Assembly (NCBI GenBank): GCA_963707955.1
Contig: OY970176.1
Span: 512,001 to 576,000, forward strand
Direction: 5' to 3'
Source: Candidatus Bathyarchaeota archaeon
Lineage (GTDB): Archaea > Thermoproteota > Bathyarchaeia > Bathyarchaeales > Bathycorpusculaceae
Length of the DNA stretch: 64,000 bases
Part shown: positions 30,991-41,757 of the stretch, piece after piece
How the letters are laid out: each line of letters starts with the position of its first letter
Position numbering within the stretch: position 1 is the stretch's first letter
Position numbers and translations under genes: made by a program
Notes under the pieces: model-generated
Told to the model about the DNA's origin: nothing
Databases searched by the model: none
The model's input: the letters and a program-made list of their open reading frames with translations, nothing else

Positions 30991-33105
30991 GTGAAAAAAT
31001 TGCCTCAGACTTACGCTTGTCGCAAATGCGGTAAGATCTACTCTTCAGAAGAGTATGAGAACAGTCGATTCTGCACCGAATGCGGAACATACCTGATGTC
31101 CGAAAGCATGGCTTCTGAGCATTTCAGAGCGAGCCGTCAACGTGTGAAAAACAATATTCCGAAGAGAAGCATGCTTCCTGAAAACTATCAGATACGAAAG
31201 GAACAGATGGAGTTTGTCCAAGAGGCAGTGAAAGCGCTCAAAAGCAAAGAGGTTTTTGTGGGGAGTGCTCCATGTGGAGTAGGCAAATCTCTTGCGTCAT
31301 TGCTTGCTGTTTTGCCAGAGCTCGAAGAAAACAGACTGATGATCTGCTTCAGAACGAGAAGCCAGTTGCACATTTACCTTAAAGAGCTAAGAGCACTCTC
31401 AAGTGGCCTTTCCGCTGTCTCCTTCTTTAGCAAACAAGACATGTGTCCTTTGAAGACAAAGGGCGACCTCTCATACGTTGACTTTTTTGAAGAGTGCAAA
31501 AGACTGAAAGATAGCTGCGAATCTTCTACTAAGCCCTACTGCAAATTCTATATGAACATTTTAAGAGGGAAAAAGGAAGCCGAAGAATTGGCTCTAGATT
31601 GCGCCCAAAGAATTCTTGCGCCAGAAGAAACGGTTGAGATCATGGCTAGACGAGGATTCTGTGCTCACGAAGCCTTGAAGAGAATTCTCCCTAAGGCGAA
31701 CGTTTTTCTTGGAACATACCACTACACCTTCGACCCCAGAATCAGGGAATCAATACTGAAGAACTTCGGAGTCGGTCTCTCAAAGGTCTTCTTAATCGTG
31801 GACGAGGCTCACAATCTTCCAACCTTCGCCAGAGAATTGCTTTCTGATCAATTGACAGAGGGTACAGTAGAAAGAGCGCAAAAGGAGACTGAAAATTTCG
31901 AGCATGAGTCACTTGGATCGGTCAGAGAACATCTAAACGTTCTTTTGGAAGAGGTTTTTCAGCACGCTCAGCAGACTTTGAAAGACGAAGATCTCAGACG
32001 GCTTAACCCTCAAGAACTCAGTGACCTGTTTCTGGCTCACAATAGCATATCTGGTCTTGAGGCTGCAGCAACACTTCTAGAATATGGCGAATTCGTGAAA
32101 GAGAAGCGACTTGAGTCTGGTTCTGAGAGAATTTCAAGTTACAATTATCGAATTGGCACCTTCATGGAGAGCTTCTTCAAAAATGTTGGGCCGAAATATA
32201 CGCACCTGATCGAAAGAGACCACAAGAACAGGATTGCTTTGGAGGTCAGATGCTTCGACGGAAGAGAAGTCGTTGATCCCGTTCTCAGAGGAGCACAAGG
32301 AGCCATCCTCATGAGCGGCTTTCTGTCTCCTCCAACCGTTTACAGGGACTTGATGCTCTACGAGCCAGATAATGCTCGTCTGAAAGAGTTTGACCCTCCT
32401 TTTCCAGCTGAGAACAGACTTATCCTAGCTGCTGAGGACGTGTCGTCAGAATTCAAGAGGAGAACCGACTTGATGCTTGAGAAGTGGAAAAGTTACGTTG
32501 AAGCTATATCCGACGCCAGTCGAGGCAACATAGCCATCTTCTTCACGAGCTACAGACTAATGCATAAAGTCGTGTCACTGATAAAGACGAGCAGAAGGAC
32601 AACTGTGGAAGAGCCGAATATGAAGAGAAACGAAGTGATTGAGAAGCTAGCAAGTTCGTCCAATAACATTCTGTACGGAGTCATGGGAGCCAAACTGAGC
32701 GAGGGAATAGACTACCCTCACAACATCCTAAAGTGTGTCGTAGCCATTGGATTGCCGTATGCAACGTGGGACGCTTACCAAGAATCACTGATAGGTTATC
32801 TTGAACAACAGTTCCCAGGAAACGGGAGAACTTATGCTTACTTGACACCGGCCATACTGCGGCTGGTTCAGGCCTGTGGACGCGTCCACAGATCAGCGGA
32901 AGACAGAGGGTGCATAGTGATATTGGATGAACGGATTACTCAGCCTCACATCAAACGGCAACTTCCAAGCTATTACCAGAAAGAGATGATTGCAGTGAAA
33001 AGCCCGTCTGATTGTGCTGAGCGAATAAAGAGTTTTTGGAACATGCCTCACGCAAGGAAGCAGATTGGGCTATGTAACCAAGCGCGCGTAGATGACGCAG
33101 ACTAA
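30991..33105 (+). CDS. XPD/Rad3-family Fe-S DNA helicase with N-terminal zinc ribbon
   Basis: APCGVGKS, four spaced Cys in the Fe-S region, VDEAHNL, SEGIDY, QACGRVHR. Confidence 0.9.
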   Translation: MKKLPQTYACRKCGKIYSSEEYENSRFCTECGTYLMSESMASEHFRASRQRVKNNIPKRSMLPENYQIRKEQMEFVQEAVKALKSKEVFVGSAPCGVGKSLASLLAVLPELEENRLMICFRTRSQLHIYLKELRALSSGLSAVSFFSKQDMCPLKTKGDLSYVDFFEECKRLKDSCESSTKPYCKFYMNILRGKKEAEELALDCAQRILAPEETVEIMARRGFCAHEALKRILPKANVFLGTYHYTFDPRIRESILKNFGVGLSKVFLIVDEAHNLPTFARELLSDQLTEGTVERAQKETENFEHESLGSVREHLNVLLEEVFQHAQQTLKDEDLRRLNPQELSDLFLAHNSISGLEAAATLLEYGEFVKEKRLESGSERISSYNYRIGTFMESFFKNVGPKYTHLIERDHKNRIALEVRCFDGREVVDPVLRGAQGAILMSGFLSPPTVYRDLMLYEPDNARLKEFDPPFPAENRLILAAEDVSSEFKRRTDLMLEKWKSYVEAISDASRGNIAIFFTSYRLMHKVVSLIKTSRRTTVEEPNMKRNEVIEKLASSSNNILYGVMGAKLSEGIDYPHNILKCVVAIGLPYATWDAYQESLIGYLEQQFPGNGRTYAYLTPAILRLVQACGRVHRSAEDRGCIVILDERITQPHIKRQLPSYYQKEMIAVKSPSDCAERIKSFWNMPHARKQIGLCNQARVDDAD

Positions 33106-33192
33106 CGATTACTGAAGATTCAGAAACGTTCCACCATTTATTAAGAGAAACTCCAAATATTCTTCGCATCAATATTGGGCGAATCGAGTTCA

Positions 33193-34215
33193 ATGGAAAT
33201 CGAGCAACTAATAAGAAAACTTCCGAAAGCAGAGCAGCACATTCACATCGTAGGCTCAACTAGACCCGAAACCCTACTGTGGCTTGCGGAAGATGGCGGC
33301 CTGGACAAACCCTTCAAAACTTCAAAGGATGTCCAAAACTTTTTCAGGTTCACGAGCTTTCCTCAGTTCATAAACGTATACTGCACCGTCGTTGATTGCA
33401 TCACAAAAGAGAATCAATTCGAACGCATCACCTACGAAATGCTGAAGTCAGAGACTCACTGCAACGTTCAATACGTGGAGGCCAGCTTCTCACCGCTTGA
33501 TCATGTGCTTCGGGGCCTTGATTACGGAAAAATGCTCAACGCCACAAACAGAGGCATAGACCGTGCAAGAATGGACTTCCAAATAGAATGCAATCTTAGA
33601 ATCGACCTCGTCCGAAACTATGGGCCAGAAAAGGGAATGGCGGTCCTAGACTGGGTAGAAAGCAAGGACGATAACATCATATCAGTTGACTTAGGAGGAA
33701 GTGAGGAAAGATTCCCTGCAAAGCCATACAAGTCGGTGTATCAAAGAGCAAGAAAGATGGGCCTCCATCTGGTTGCTCACGCAGGAGAGGCCGCTGGACC
33801 AGACAGCATCTGGCAAGCCGTTACCGAACTCGAAGTTGAACGCATAGGTCATGGAGTGACCGCAATTCACGAAGCAAAACTGATGGAACATCTCAAGAAG
33901 CGGAACATCACGATCGAAGCATGCCCCACAAGTAACGTAAGAACTCGAGTGGTCCATACAATCAAAAATCATCCCATTAAAGTCTTTAACGACCTCGGCT
34001 TAGCACTCACAGTGAACACGGATGATCCATCAATTTTCGCAACTGACATGAACAATGAATATCTGCAGCTTCACCGTCAACTCGGCTTCTCGCTCCAAGA
34101 ACTCTTCAAGTTCAGTCTCAACGCCGTAAACTCATCCTTTCTTCCAGAAAAATCCAAATCCAAGATGCGCAAATCTTTCACGAAGACTTACAATCGCATA
34201 TTGAACGAAGAATAG
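33193..34215 (+). CDS. add: Adenosine/adenine deaminase
   Basis: PKAEQHIH, AHAGE, RIGHG, CPTSN, NTDDP. Confidence 0.9.
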   Translation: MEIEQLIRKLPKAEQHIHIVGSTRPETLLWLAEDGGLDKPFKTSKDVQNFFRFTSFPQFINVYCTVVDCITKENQFERITYEMLKSETHCNVQYVEASFSPLDHVLRGLDYGKMLNATNRGIDRARMDFQIECNLRIDLVRNYGPEKGMAVLDWVESKDDNIISVDLGGSEERFPAKPYKSVYQRARKMGLHLVAHAGEAAGPDSIWQAVTELEVERIGHGVTAIHEAKLMEHLKKRNITIEACPTSNVRTRVVHTIKNHPIKVFNDLGLALTVNTDDPSIFATDMNNEYLQLHRQLGFSLQELFKFSLNAVNSSFLPEKSKSKMRKSFTKTYNRILNEE

Positions 34216-34288
34216 CGCGCGCTTGAAAAATATCGAGATAGATGCTAAGAAGGTGTTTTCACGCACTATGTGGAAAGAAAAAAAGCAG

Positions 34289-34693
34289 TCATTCCGTGGT
34301 TTTGCCGTCGAATTCTTCTGGTTTCGCCAACGCGTCCGCTTTTGTCTTACGCACCGTACCATCTTGGTGTTCAGGGGGCGAGTATATAGTGTACAGCTTT
34401 AGTTCTGTAGTCTTCGACGTATTCATCACGTTGTGTCTCGCACCAGCAGGCACAATAACCGCATCCCCATCAGCGACCTTCTGCTTGACCCCGTCTATGG
34501 AGACTGTTCCCTCACCTTTCTCGAACCTGAAGAACTGGTCGATTTTCTTATGCACCTCTTCGCCTATTTCCTCTCCAGGCTTAAGGTTCATCAACACAAG
34601 CTGACTGTTTTTACCAGTGTAAAGTACCCGCCGGAAATCACTATTGCCCAAAGTATCCTTCTCGATATTCGATTTGAAACCTTTCATAGGCAA
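34289..34693 (-). CDS. Cupin domain protein
   Basis: GEEVH..DQFF, VPAGARHNV, LYTIYSPPEH. Confidence 0.88.
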   Translation of the reverse strand: MPMKGFKSNIEKDTLGNSDFRRVLYTGKNSQLVLMNLKPGEEIGEEVHKKIDQFFRFEKGEGTVSIDGVKQKVADGDAVIVPAGARHNVMNTSKTTELKLYTIYSPPEHQDGTVRKTKADALAKPEEFDGKTTE

Positions 34694-34889
34694 GACCTCA
34701 CTTACGATTCCGTAACCCTTTATTTAAGACTTCACCGCTTAGCGCGTGCACACGTTGAGAATGTAATGACGATTTCTCATATTAAAAAGGGGGTGGAGCT
34801 GTCTATTCCATGCGGCCTCCTTTGGGATAGCTTGCCTACATGACTATCATAAGTGTTAAATGATCATGTTTTTTCATGTATGTTCTTGC

Positions 34890-35309
34890 ATGCCAGTCAG
34901 TCAGGAAGTCAAGGGTAACGCGCTGAAGATTTACCTGTACTTGCTCAGGCACGGACCGTCTGAGCTCAGGGATGTTCAGCGTGGAGTCGGCTTGTCTTCA
35001 GCTTCTCTTGCTTCTTACCATCTGGGAAGGCTTTCAGAGGCGGGCTTCGTGAAGCAGGATGACCAGGGAAGGTATTCCGCGGTGAAGGAGGCGTCGGACA
35101 GGGTTCTTGAGGGCTACTCAAGGATGGGGCCCGCGATCGTACCGCAACTGTTCTTCTTCGCCTTGCTCTTCACCATTCTTGTGGCATTCTTTTCGTTCGA
35201 GGTTTTGAACGGGTCAGGTTTCACGGTGTACTTGGTGGCTGTTTGTTCGGCTATGGTTCTTGTTTTCTGGTATGAGACGGTGAGGCTCTGGCGCAGACTG
35301 GCAGTCTGA
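34890..35309 (+). CDS. Membrane-tethered winged-helix regulator
   Basis: wHTH (RDVQRGVGLSSASLASYHLGRL) plus two C-terminal TMs. Confidence 0.8.
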   Translation: MPVSQEVKGNALKIYLYLLRHGPSELRDVQRGVGLSSASLASYHLGRLSEAGFVKQDDQGRYSAVKEASDRVLEGYSRMGPAIVPQLFFFALLFTILVAFFSFEVLNGSGFTVYLVAVCSAMVLVFWYETVRLWRRLAV

Positions 35310-35446
35310 CCTGGGCCGTCGACAAGGGCACGGTTAAAGACTCTTGAACGTTTCTTTCAACAGTCTTTAAAGAACTTTCAAAAATGTAGGTTTTTATTCT
35401 CTCATTCCTACACGGAAGGAAAGGAAAATAAGGAGAGGAAACTAAA

Positions 35447-36586
35447 ATGTCAAGAAAATGGACTTTGAAGTACGGTTTGGCCGCGGTGCTCGTGGCGATT
35501 GTCGTCATTGCTGTCGTTTTGTACGCTAATCCGTTGTCATCTGTGACGCCTAGTCAGACTTCGGCTGCTGCGTCTTTTGTGGTTATGTTGACTGATCCTC
35601 CGACTGTGCCTGCTGGGACTACAGTGCTCAATTTGACGTACTCTAACGTTACGCTTCACGTGACTTATCCGAATGGGACTGCAGTGTGGCTTCCTGTCAA
35701 CGCTTCCGGGACCGTTAATCTTTTCTCGTTAGTCAACAACATGACGACGATTGCTTCCACTACGATTGCGAATGGTTCAGCGGTGGACAAGATTCAGTTT
35801 TCAATCGCTGGTGTTGAGGCTGAAGTTAACGGAACCGTGTATCCTGTGACTGCTTTGTCGAACACTTTTGTGGTGTCTGTAGCGAACCCTCAGGTAAATC
35901 AGACGCTTTCCGGCGTGTTGGTAGACTTCAATCCGACGCTGGTGCAGATACAGGCAACTGACGCCAATGGAACCATAGTGTATTATTACGTGCTTGTCCC
36001 AAGTGCGACTGCCACGATTGTTGGTGACTTGAGCAAGGAGCAGATAAAAGTAGGAACCATTGTTGAGCTAGGGCAAAACAACAGGGCAAAACTGGTGCAC
36101 GTTGTGGAGGAATTTTCGAACAACCTGACAATTGTTAACGCTTCGCTTTCGGTGAACGGCAATGTTACAACTCTTTCGGTGACTATAATAAATGAGGGCA
36201 ACTTCACCTTTAGAGTTTTCGGGCTGACACTGCACGGTGAATTCAACGCGACACGGACTTGGAAGAAAGGAAATGAAGAGACCAATGAGATTATCATTGA
36301 GAAGATTCATCCAGACACAATTCCCTTCAAGGTGAACGGTTCATCGCTGATTCCGCTTTTCGGTGACCAAGAGGACCTTAAGGATGATGACATGGAGCCT
36401 TCTTCGCTGGCTCTGCAACCTGGGCAGAACGTTACATTGAGTTTTAGTGGTGTCATTGCACTTCAGCCGGAAAAGGACAATATGATGAATCCGGCAATGG
36501 TTGTAACTCCGATAGTTGGCGGCAACTACACCGTGAGACTGACTGGCGAAGGCTTCATGATATTCAACGTCACGGCCACATCTTAG
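35447..36586 (+). CDS. Secreted or membrane-anchored beta-rich protein (DUF4382-like)
   Basis: N-terminal signal anchor, VMLTDPP motif, many N-x-S/T sites. Confidence 0.65.
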   Translation: MSRKWTLKYGLAAVLVAIVVIAVVLYANPLSSVTPSQTSAAASFVVMLTDPPTVPAGTTVLNLTYSNVTLHVTYPNGTAVWLPVNASGTVNLFSLVNNMTTIASTTIANGSAVDKIQFSIAGVEAEVNGTVYPVTALSNTFVVSVANPQVNQTLSGVLVDFNPTLVQIQATDANGTIVYYYVLVPSATATIVGDLSKEQIKVGTIVELGQNNRAKLVHVVEEFSNNLTIVNASLSVNGNVTTLSVTIINEGNFTFRVFGLTLHGEFNATRTWKKGNEETNEIIIEKIHPDTIPFKVNGSSLIPLFGDQEDLKDDDMEPSSLALQPGQNVTLSFSGVIALQPEKDNMMNPAMVVTPIVGGNYTVRLTGEGFMIFNVTATS

Positions 36587-37199
36587 TCTTGGACGTTCGC
36601 CCCCCGCTTCTCTTTTTCTTCTTTTTTACTCTGCTTGCAGTTGTCAAATCACAAGAATCCTAAAGCGGAAAGTTCCATTCTAGAACATTGGAAAGAGTCA
36701 AGGTTACTTGAAGGGTGGTCCTCGTTCAGTGGATTCAGAGCCCGCCATTACGTCTAGGCTGTGAAACCGGGTTCAAACCACATTTTGAGCGTTGGACCCG
36801 GACTAGGGTAAAAGTCCATACTTTTAACGATCATGGCCCTTGTTTTCTGCTGACTTAACTAGTAACGTGCGCGAGGAATGCCTATGCGATTTTGCCGATG
36901 TCCAAGTGTTCAGAAAGCGCAAATAATCAGAGACAAGAATGTGACCTCCGGTGTTTGTGGTGTGGTCATATAGGTTAGAGCCCATGTTTGAACCCTCGTG
37001 CAAGCGCTAGATCTGATCGATGCATCGAAATCTGAACCCGTGTTCTTAAAGGAACACTGAAAACGACATGCCTCACTCCAACACTACTGTAATTTACTGT
37101 CTTTTGAAAATGGCAAGCGTCACCGTTGTGCATGAGCAAGAGGTCAACCGCGAACTTAAATTTTCCCAACACTAATATCATATCCAATGGAGTGGATGA

Positions 37200-37739
37200 A
37201 TGGTTGGGAAAGTTGCGATGAGTAGGAAACGCTTGGACGAGGATTTGAAGCCGTTTGCCGAACTTGCCGTCCGAATGGGAGCGGTTGAAGCGAAAGCAAT
37301 TGACCCAAAAAACATCATTGTCAAAGACTGGGTTAGACTCAAATGCCAATATGGTTGCGGGAATTATGGCAAATCTCTGACCTGCCCGCCCTACAGCCCA
37401 ACGCCAGAACAGACGAGAAAGGTTCTGAAGGGTTATTCACGTGCCATCCTTATGAGGGTTCCAGATGAATCGGCAGCAGCACATGACATCATTGCCAAAT
37501 TGGAAAGACGCGTTTTCCTATCTGGATACCATTCTGCCTTTGGACTGGTCGCTGGACCCTGCGAGCGATGCGAGAAATGCAACCTGCAACAATGTGTTTA
37601 TCCGAGGTTGGCTAGACCTTCCTTGGAATCCTCTGGCATAGACGTTTATGCTACTGCAAGGAAGAACGGATTTCACATTGAGGTTTTGAAAACCCGAAGA
37701 CAAAAGCCCACGTATTTTGGATTGCTGCTTGTCCAGTAA
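37200..37739 (+). CDS. DUF2284-like metal-binding protein
   Basis: KCQYGC..YG..LTCPP, GPCERCEKC...C..P..ARPSLESSGIDV. Confidence 0.85.
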   Translation: MVGKVAMSRKRLDEDLKPFAELAVRMGAVEAKAIDPKNIIVKDWVRLKCQYGCGNYGKSLTCPPYSPTPEQTRKVLKGYSRAILMRVPDESAAAHDIIAKLERRVFLSGYHSAFGLVAGPCERCEKCNLQQCVYPRLARPSLESSGIDVYATARKNGFHIEVLKTRRQKPTYFGLLLVQ

Positions 37740-37790
37740 ATGTTGTCAAAAGCGCGCGCTTGTTTACGAGGCACGTTTGCCTTGAATCAG

Positions 37791-38291
37791 CTAGCGTGCG
37801 GTTTGCCCTTTGTATGTCGTATAGCTGATGTATGGCGGCTGGAAGTCGTGTTGCCAGTAGATGCACAGTATTTCTCCGCGGTGGTGGATCTCCTCTTCAA
37901 TCACGTGCATCAGGATGTCTTCGGTTTCATTTCGGTTAGTGTTTCCGTCTCTTCCTCTGTATTCGAACACGCTTTGGAGGTTTTGGTCTGTGAGTTTCTC
38001 CAAGTATTCGTTTGTCTCAGCCTCTACTTTGTCAGCGTATTCTTGGACGGAGTTGATGTCTGTGTATTTTGTGAACGGGGCGCCGTAGATCCCTTCTGTG
38101 TTTTTTCCGCTCAAGCGTCTGATCCAGAAGTACTCGGCCTGTAGACTGTGAACAAATATGTCTCGGATGGAGTCAAAGCTGGCTCCACTGCTTCCTATGA
38201 CTGTTTCCCAAGGGATTTCTGCCATGCTTTTCAACAGTCTGCGACGTGAATACCAGTTATATCCAAAAAGATCTTTAATGTTCAAAGGCAT
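37791..38291 (-). CDS. DinB-like family protein
   Basis: SIRDIFVH...E..W, ILMHVIEEEIHHRGE. Confidence 0.85.
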   Translation of the reverse strand: MPLNIKDLFGYNWYSRRRLLKSMAEIPWETVIGSSGASFDSIRDIFVHSLQAEYFWIRRLSGKNTEGIYGAPFTKYTDINSVQEYADKVEAETNEYLEKLTDQNLQSVFEYRGRDGNTNRNETEDILMHVIEEEIHHRGEILCIYWQHDFQPPYISYTTYKGQTAR

Positions 38292-38537
38292 CTCCCCAAA
38301 AACGTAATGTGCTGGTTTCTAATAACGTTTGTCAGAACCGCTTTTCTGTTTGCCCAATGCTGAGGCGCGTTACTCCTTCCTTCTGAGGCATTGAACCTAA
38401 GGTTTTTCCTATTTCTCTGAAAATCTGTCCGAGTAAGAGCAGAGAGGACCATACCTTGCAAGAATAGAAACTGGCCGTTCCAGCACTGATTGCACAAAAA
38501 TCCGACTAGACTAGCTTTATTTCGCACAATACGCCAT

Positions 38538-38661
38538 TGGTGGGGTCGCTGGGATTTGAACCCAGGATCGCCAACGCCCCAGGTCTGGTATACTAAACCA
38601 CTCAAGGTAACGGTGGACCAGTATACTATACAGTCACCGTCACTAGCTATACGACGACCCC
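38538..38661 (-). tRNA. tRNA-Pro(GGG) with a 44-nt D-loop intron (38601-38644); left attachment site
   Basis: Acceptor GGGGTCG/CGACCCC, encoded CCA, loop CTGGGGC, T arm CTGGG-TTCAAAT-CCCAG; one extra base in the anticodon stem and an imperfect BHB central helix. Confidence 0.8.
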
Positions 38662-39551
38662 AACCAGAGACACGATACCAAGAGCAGATAGATAAAACCA
38701 TCGAAAAAGCCACAATCGAAGGAAAAGCCAAGAACACAATCAACGCCTTCAGACACAGACTAATAGAACTAAGTAGAGTAGCCGACCTAATGAACCCCGA
38801 CGACGCTAAGAAAGCAATCGGATACTCAAAACTATCAAACTCTAGCAAATGCTCATTCGCCCTAGCATATGAATGGTTCACCAAAGCCAATGGCCTCAAA
38901 TGGGAAAGACCAAAATTCAAATGGAACCTAACCACGCCGATTATCCCAACCACTGACCAAGTGAACAAAATAATCTCAGCCACAACACTAAGATTTGCTA
39001 CCATATTCAAGTTAATGGCAGAAACAGCCGCAGAAGGCGAAGAATTACACCGAACACACCGAAATCAATTCGAGCAAACGCAAGGCATCATAAGCATAAA
39101 GGGACTCAAAGGACACGATTCAGCCAACTACAAACTGAAACCGCCGATAGCCGAAATGCTCAGAGAATACTTAGCCAAGAACCCCCAAAACTACCCATTC
39201 CCACGACCATACGTAATGTCAGTCATGTGGCGACGAGCAAGAGAAACAGCTTCGAAGAACAACAACGACCCAAGCCTCAAAGCTATACCCATGAAAAGCT
39301 TACGCAACTACTCAGGCGCACAATTCTGGTACAACTTCCCTGACCCGATCGGCGTAATGAGACACCTAAGACACAAGCGCATGGAAACAACAATGCACTA
39401 CCTAAGAGCAATAACCCTAGACGGAGACATCGAATACGACTGTAAAATAGTTGACAGTACAGACACAGAAGGAATCAAGAAGCTCATCGAACTAGGCTAC
39501 ACCAAACAAGACGAAGCAAACGGAAAACACTTCTACCGAAAACGCAAATAG
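38586..39551 (+). CDS. Tyrosine integrase, C-terminal fragment (Int-C)
   Basis: KSLR and LRH...TTMHY motifs; reading frame runs antisense through the tRNA 5' half and intron; first catalytic Arg not evident (ETAAEGEE). Confidence 0.82.
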   Translation, partial: WYTKPLKVTVDQYTIQSPSLAIRRPQPETRYQEQIDKTIEKATIEGKAKNTINAFRHRLIELSRVADLMNPDDAKKAIGYSKLSNSSKCSFALAYEWFTKANGLKWERPKFKWNLTTPIIPTTDQVNKIISATTLRFATIFKLMAETAAEGEELHRTHRNQFEQTQGIISIKGLKGHDSANYKLKPPIAEMLREYLAKNPQNYPFPRPYVMSVMWRRARETASKNNNDPSLKAIPMKSLRNYSGAQFWYNFPDPIGVMRHLRHKRMETTMHYLRAITLDGDIEYDCKIVDSTDTEGIKKLIELGYTKQDEANGKHFYRKRK

Positions 39552-39727
39552 CCAATCTCCCCTTTTTTCTTCTAATCAGGCAGAAGCCTTCGTGTTCCTC
39601 GGCTTACGCCTCGTCACACTACAAAACACAAAAACCCAAACTAAAACAAAGCTACCGCTACCCATAGCGCACGCGCTCATTTGGTTGGAGTAAAATTTCG
39701 TTCCAAACCCAAACAGAACCTTAAATA

Positions 39728-40210
39728 GTGCTGGACATTAACAAATCTGTCATGGCAACCAACCAGAAAGCCCTCTTTAAGTTGCTAATCAAATACACTG
39801 TGAGCCCTGAAGAACCTGTAGCGGGTGAACGCGCGAATTTCACCATAAGAATAACAAACATAAGTGACTCAGCATTTCTTGGAGGTAAATTCGATTTCTT
39901 CAGGATCGAGGACGCTGGCGGTCTCGCCACGTCATCGGCACTAGAATCATCATTACCGACAATTCCAGAGATTAAGCCTAATGAATCTTATGAATGGTCC
40001 CATGGCATCAGAATTCCTGTTGATGGACTCGTATGGGTTGAAGCGAAGATTCGAACTAGTGATGGTCAAGAAGTACGGCATTTTCAAATTAGAGAATACG
40101 ATATGGGTACTGAATGGAAATCTCCGTTGCACGTTATTAGTAAGGAAAACAGCAGGATTATTTCACTTTTGAGCGAAATTGCCAAATCCTTGAAATCGAG
40201 TAAAGCTTAA
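39728..40210 (+). CDS. Hypothetical beta-sandwich (CARDB-like) cargo protein
   Basis: SPEEPVAGERANFTIRITN...IPEIKPNES pattern. Confidence 0.55.
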   Translation: MLDINKSVMATNQKALFKLLIKYTVSPEEPVAGERANFTIRITNISDSAFLGGKFDFFRIEDAGGLATSSALESSLPTIPEIKPNESYEWSHGIRIPVDGLVWVEAKIRTSDGQEVRHFQIREYDMGTEWKSPLHVISKENSRIISLLSEIAKSLKSSKA

Positions 40211-40231
40211 TATCTCTAAAAAATCTTTCAA

Positions 40232-40480
40232 TTGCTGATAGAAATGTTTGACCGAAGGGAGCGAGAGTTAGAAAGAGAAAGCGTAACCTACGGTGCTGAC
40301 CTAACACTCAAAACAATCTATGACCTGAAAAAAGAATTTCAGGAGTTCAAGGCTGTCGTACTAGAAAGAGAGAAAATGAGAGAGAAAATGTGGGGAGACC
40401 GTTTAGTCTTTCTTGGACTCCTAATAGCGTCTTGGGCCATTACAACAGGCATACTTTTACATTCGACTGGAACATTTTAG
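40232..40480 (+). CDS. Small coiled-coil protein with C-terminal TM
   Basis: Charged helix followed by LVFLGLLIASWAITTGILL. Confidence 0.5.
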   Translation: MLIEMFDRRERELERESVTYGADLTLKTIYDLKKEFQEFKAVVLEREKMREKMWGDRLVFLGLLIASWAITTGILLHSTGTF

Positions 40481-40725
40481 CTACATTGAATCAGATTGCG
40501 CTCTTTGTTTCACGATTGCGATACTTGGAGTTCACGTCTCCTTTGCGAGCGCTACAACAAAAACAAAAGAAACACGCACATCTAATTATCAGGCTTAAGC
40601 CCTGTTGCTCTTCGTCTCACGCGTGCGCCAAAAGGCATAAAGACGTAGACATGAAGAAGAGCGCATGCTTTAAATAGAAACCAATTTAACTCGGAGTTTC
40701 CGACTATCATACAAAGCAGAATCGT

Positions 40726-41439
40726 ATGTCAGATATATTGCCAGACCAAATGTGGTGGCTCATAACTACAATTCTTGCAACGTTGACCATTATTGTACCG
40801 ATTGGTTTATACTGGAAAACTCGAAAGATTCGATTATTTTGTTATAATATTGTTCAACAGACGCCTTTGCTAAGGGTGAACAAAACGATAAAAGAGAAGC
40901 TACAGATAACCTTTGAAGGAAAACCAGTGCAGCAGTTTTACCTTGTCATAATCAGGCTCCTAAACGCAGGAAATACTCCGATAACGACACCTGATTTTGC
41001 GAGTCCAGTCCAAGTGAGTTTTGGCAACGATGCCGAAATACTTACAGCCGAAATCCAAAAAAAGCAACCTCAAGATTTGTTAACATCCTTCGCTATCGAA
41101 GGAAACAAAATCGTCCTCAGTCGCGACCTCCTAAATAAAGGCGAAGGCATTACACTTAAAGCACTTATCACAAAATTTGAGAAGGTGTCGGTAAGCGGAA
41201 GGATTACTGGATGTGAAATCCGTGAGTTTAAGGACCAAAGCCAATCCTATCTTACTAGAATAGCTATTGGTCTCATGGGAATCTCTCTCATCGGGACCAT
41301 TCTCGAGACTCTGACACCGACCTCCAATTTGTATCACTTCATTGCTACTTCTTCAGCAGCTGCACTTGTTGTCGTTATGGGCATGTACACTTACAAGCTT
41401 TGGAAAAAACAGCGCTTGCAAGCTTCGGAAAAAACGTAG
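40726..41439 (+). CDS. Three-TM cargo membrane protein with soluble beta domain
   Basis: N-terminal TM, NAGNTPI...DF..P domain, two C-terminal TMs; TTTAAATA box upstream. Confidence 0.72.
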   Translation: MSDILPDQMWWLITTILATLTIIVPIGLYWKTRKIRLFCYNIVQQTPLLRVNKTIKEKLQITFEGKPVQQFYLVIIRLLNAGNTPITTPDFASPVQVSFGNDAEILTAEIQKKQPQDLLTSFAIEGNKIVLSRDLLNKGEGITLKALITKFEKVSVSGRITGCEIREFKDQSQSYLTRIAIGLMGISLIGTILETLTPTSNLYHFIATSSAAALVVVMGMYTYKLWKKQRLQASEKT

Positions 41440-41565
41440 TCACGCCTGAATTTTCACCTTTCCCTCTTTCATCAATCACTTTAACAAAAAAAGCAGAAAC
41501 AATGAGTGTCAACCACAAAGCAAGACACACGACAAACAAGGAAAACAACTGAAAACCCAATAGTC

Positions 41566-41757
41566 TTAACGACGATGCTCCCGCCGCCTTCGTGTTCTCC
41601 GCCATGGAATCAACATCCGACCAAACTCAAAAACAATCCTATCAGCACCCTCACGACAAAAACCATCAACACTCAGATGAGCCAAAAACTCAGCTTCAGA
41701 ATCAAAAACAGCCTTACAAGACCGACAACAACAGACACCGCCAACGACAGACCTCAC
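41566..41757 (-). CDS. Small zinc-finger protein coupled to Rep
   Basis: CRSC...F.....F..H pattern; start overlaps the Rep stop codon. Confidence 0.55.
   Translation of the reverse strand: MRSVVGGVCCCRSCKAVFDSEAEFLAHLSVDGFCREGADRIVFEFGRMLIPWRRTRRRREHRR

Noticed and set aside
38490-38585. N-terminal extension of the integrase ORF (WWGRWDLNPGSPTPQ)
   Set aside because: Reverse complement of the tRNA 3' half and host flank; its frame also depends on the suspect extra base near 38585. The real N-part is probably at 44283-44381.
38282-39010. 242-aa minus-strand hydrophobic ORF
   Set aside because: Shadow of the A/C-rich integrase strand; overlaps the tRNA.
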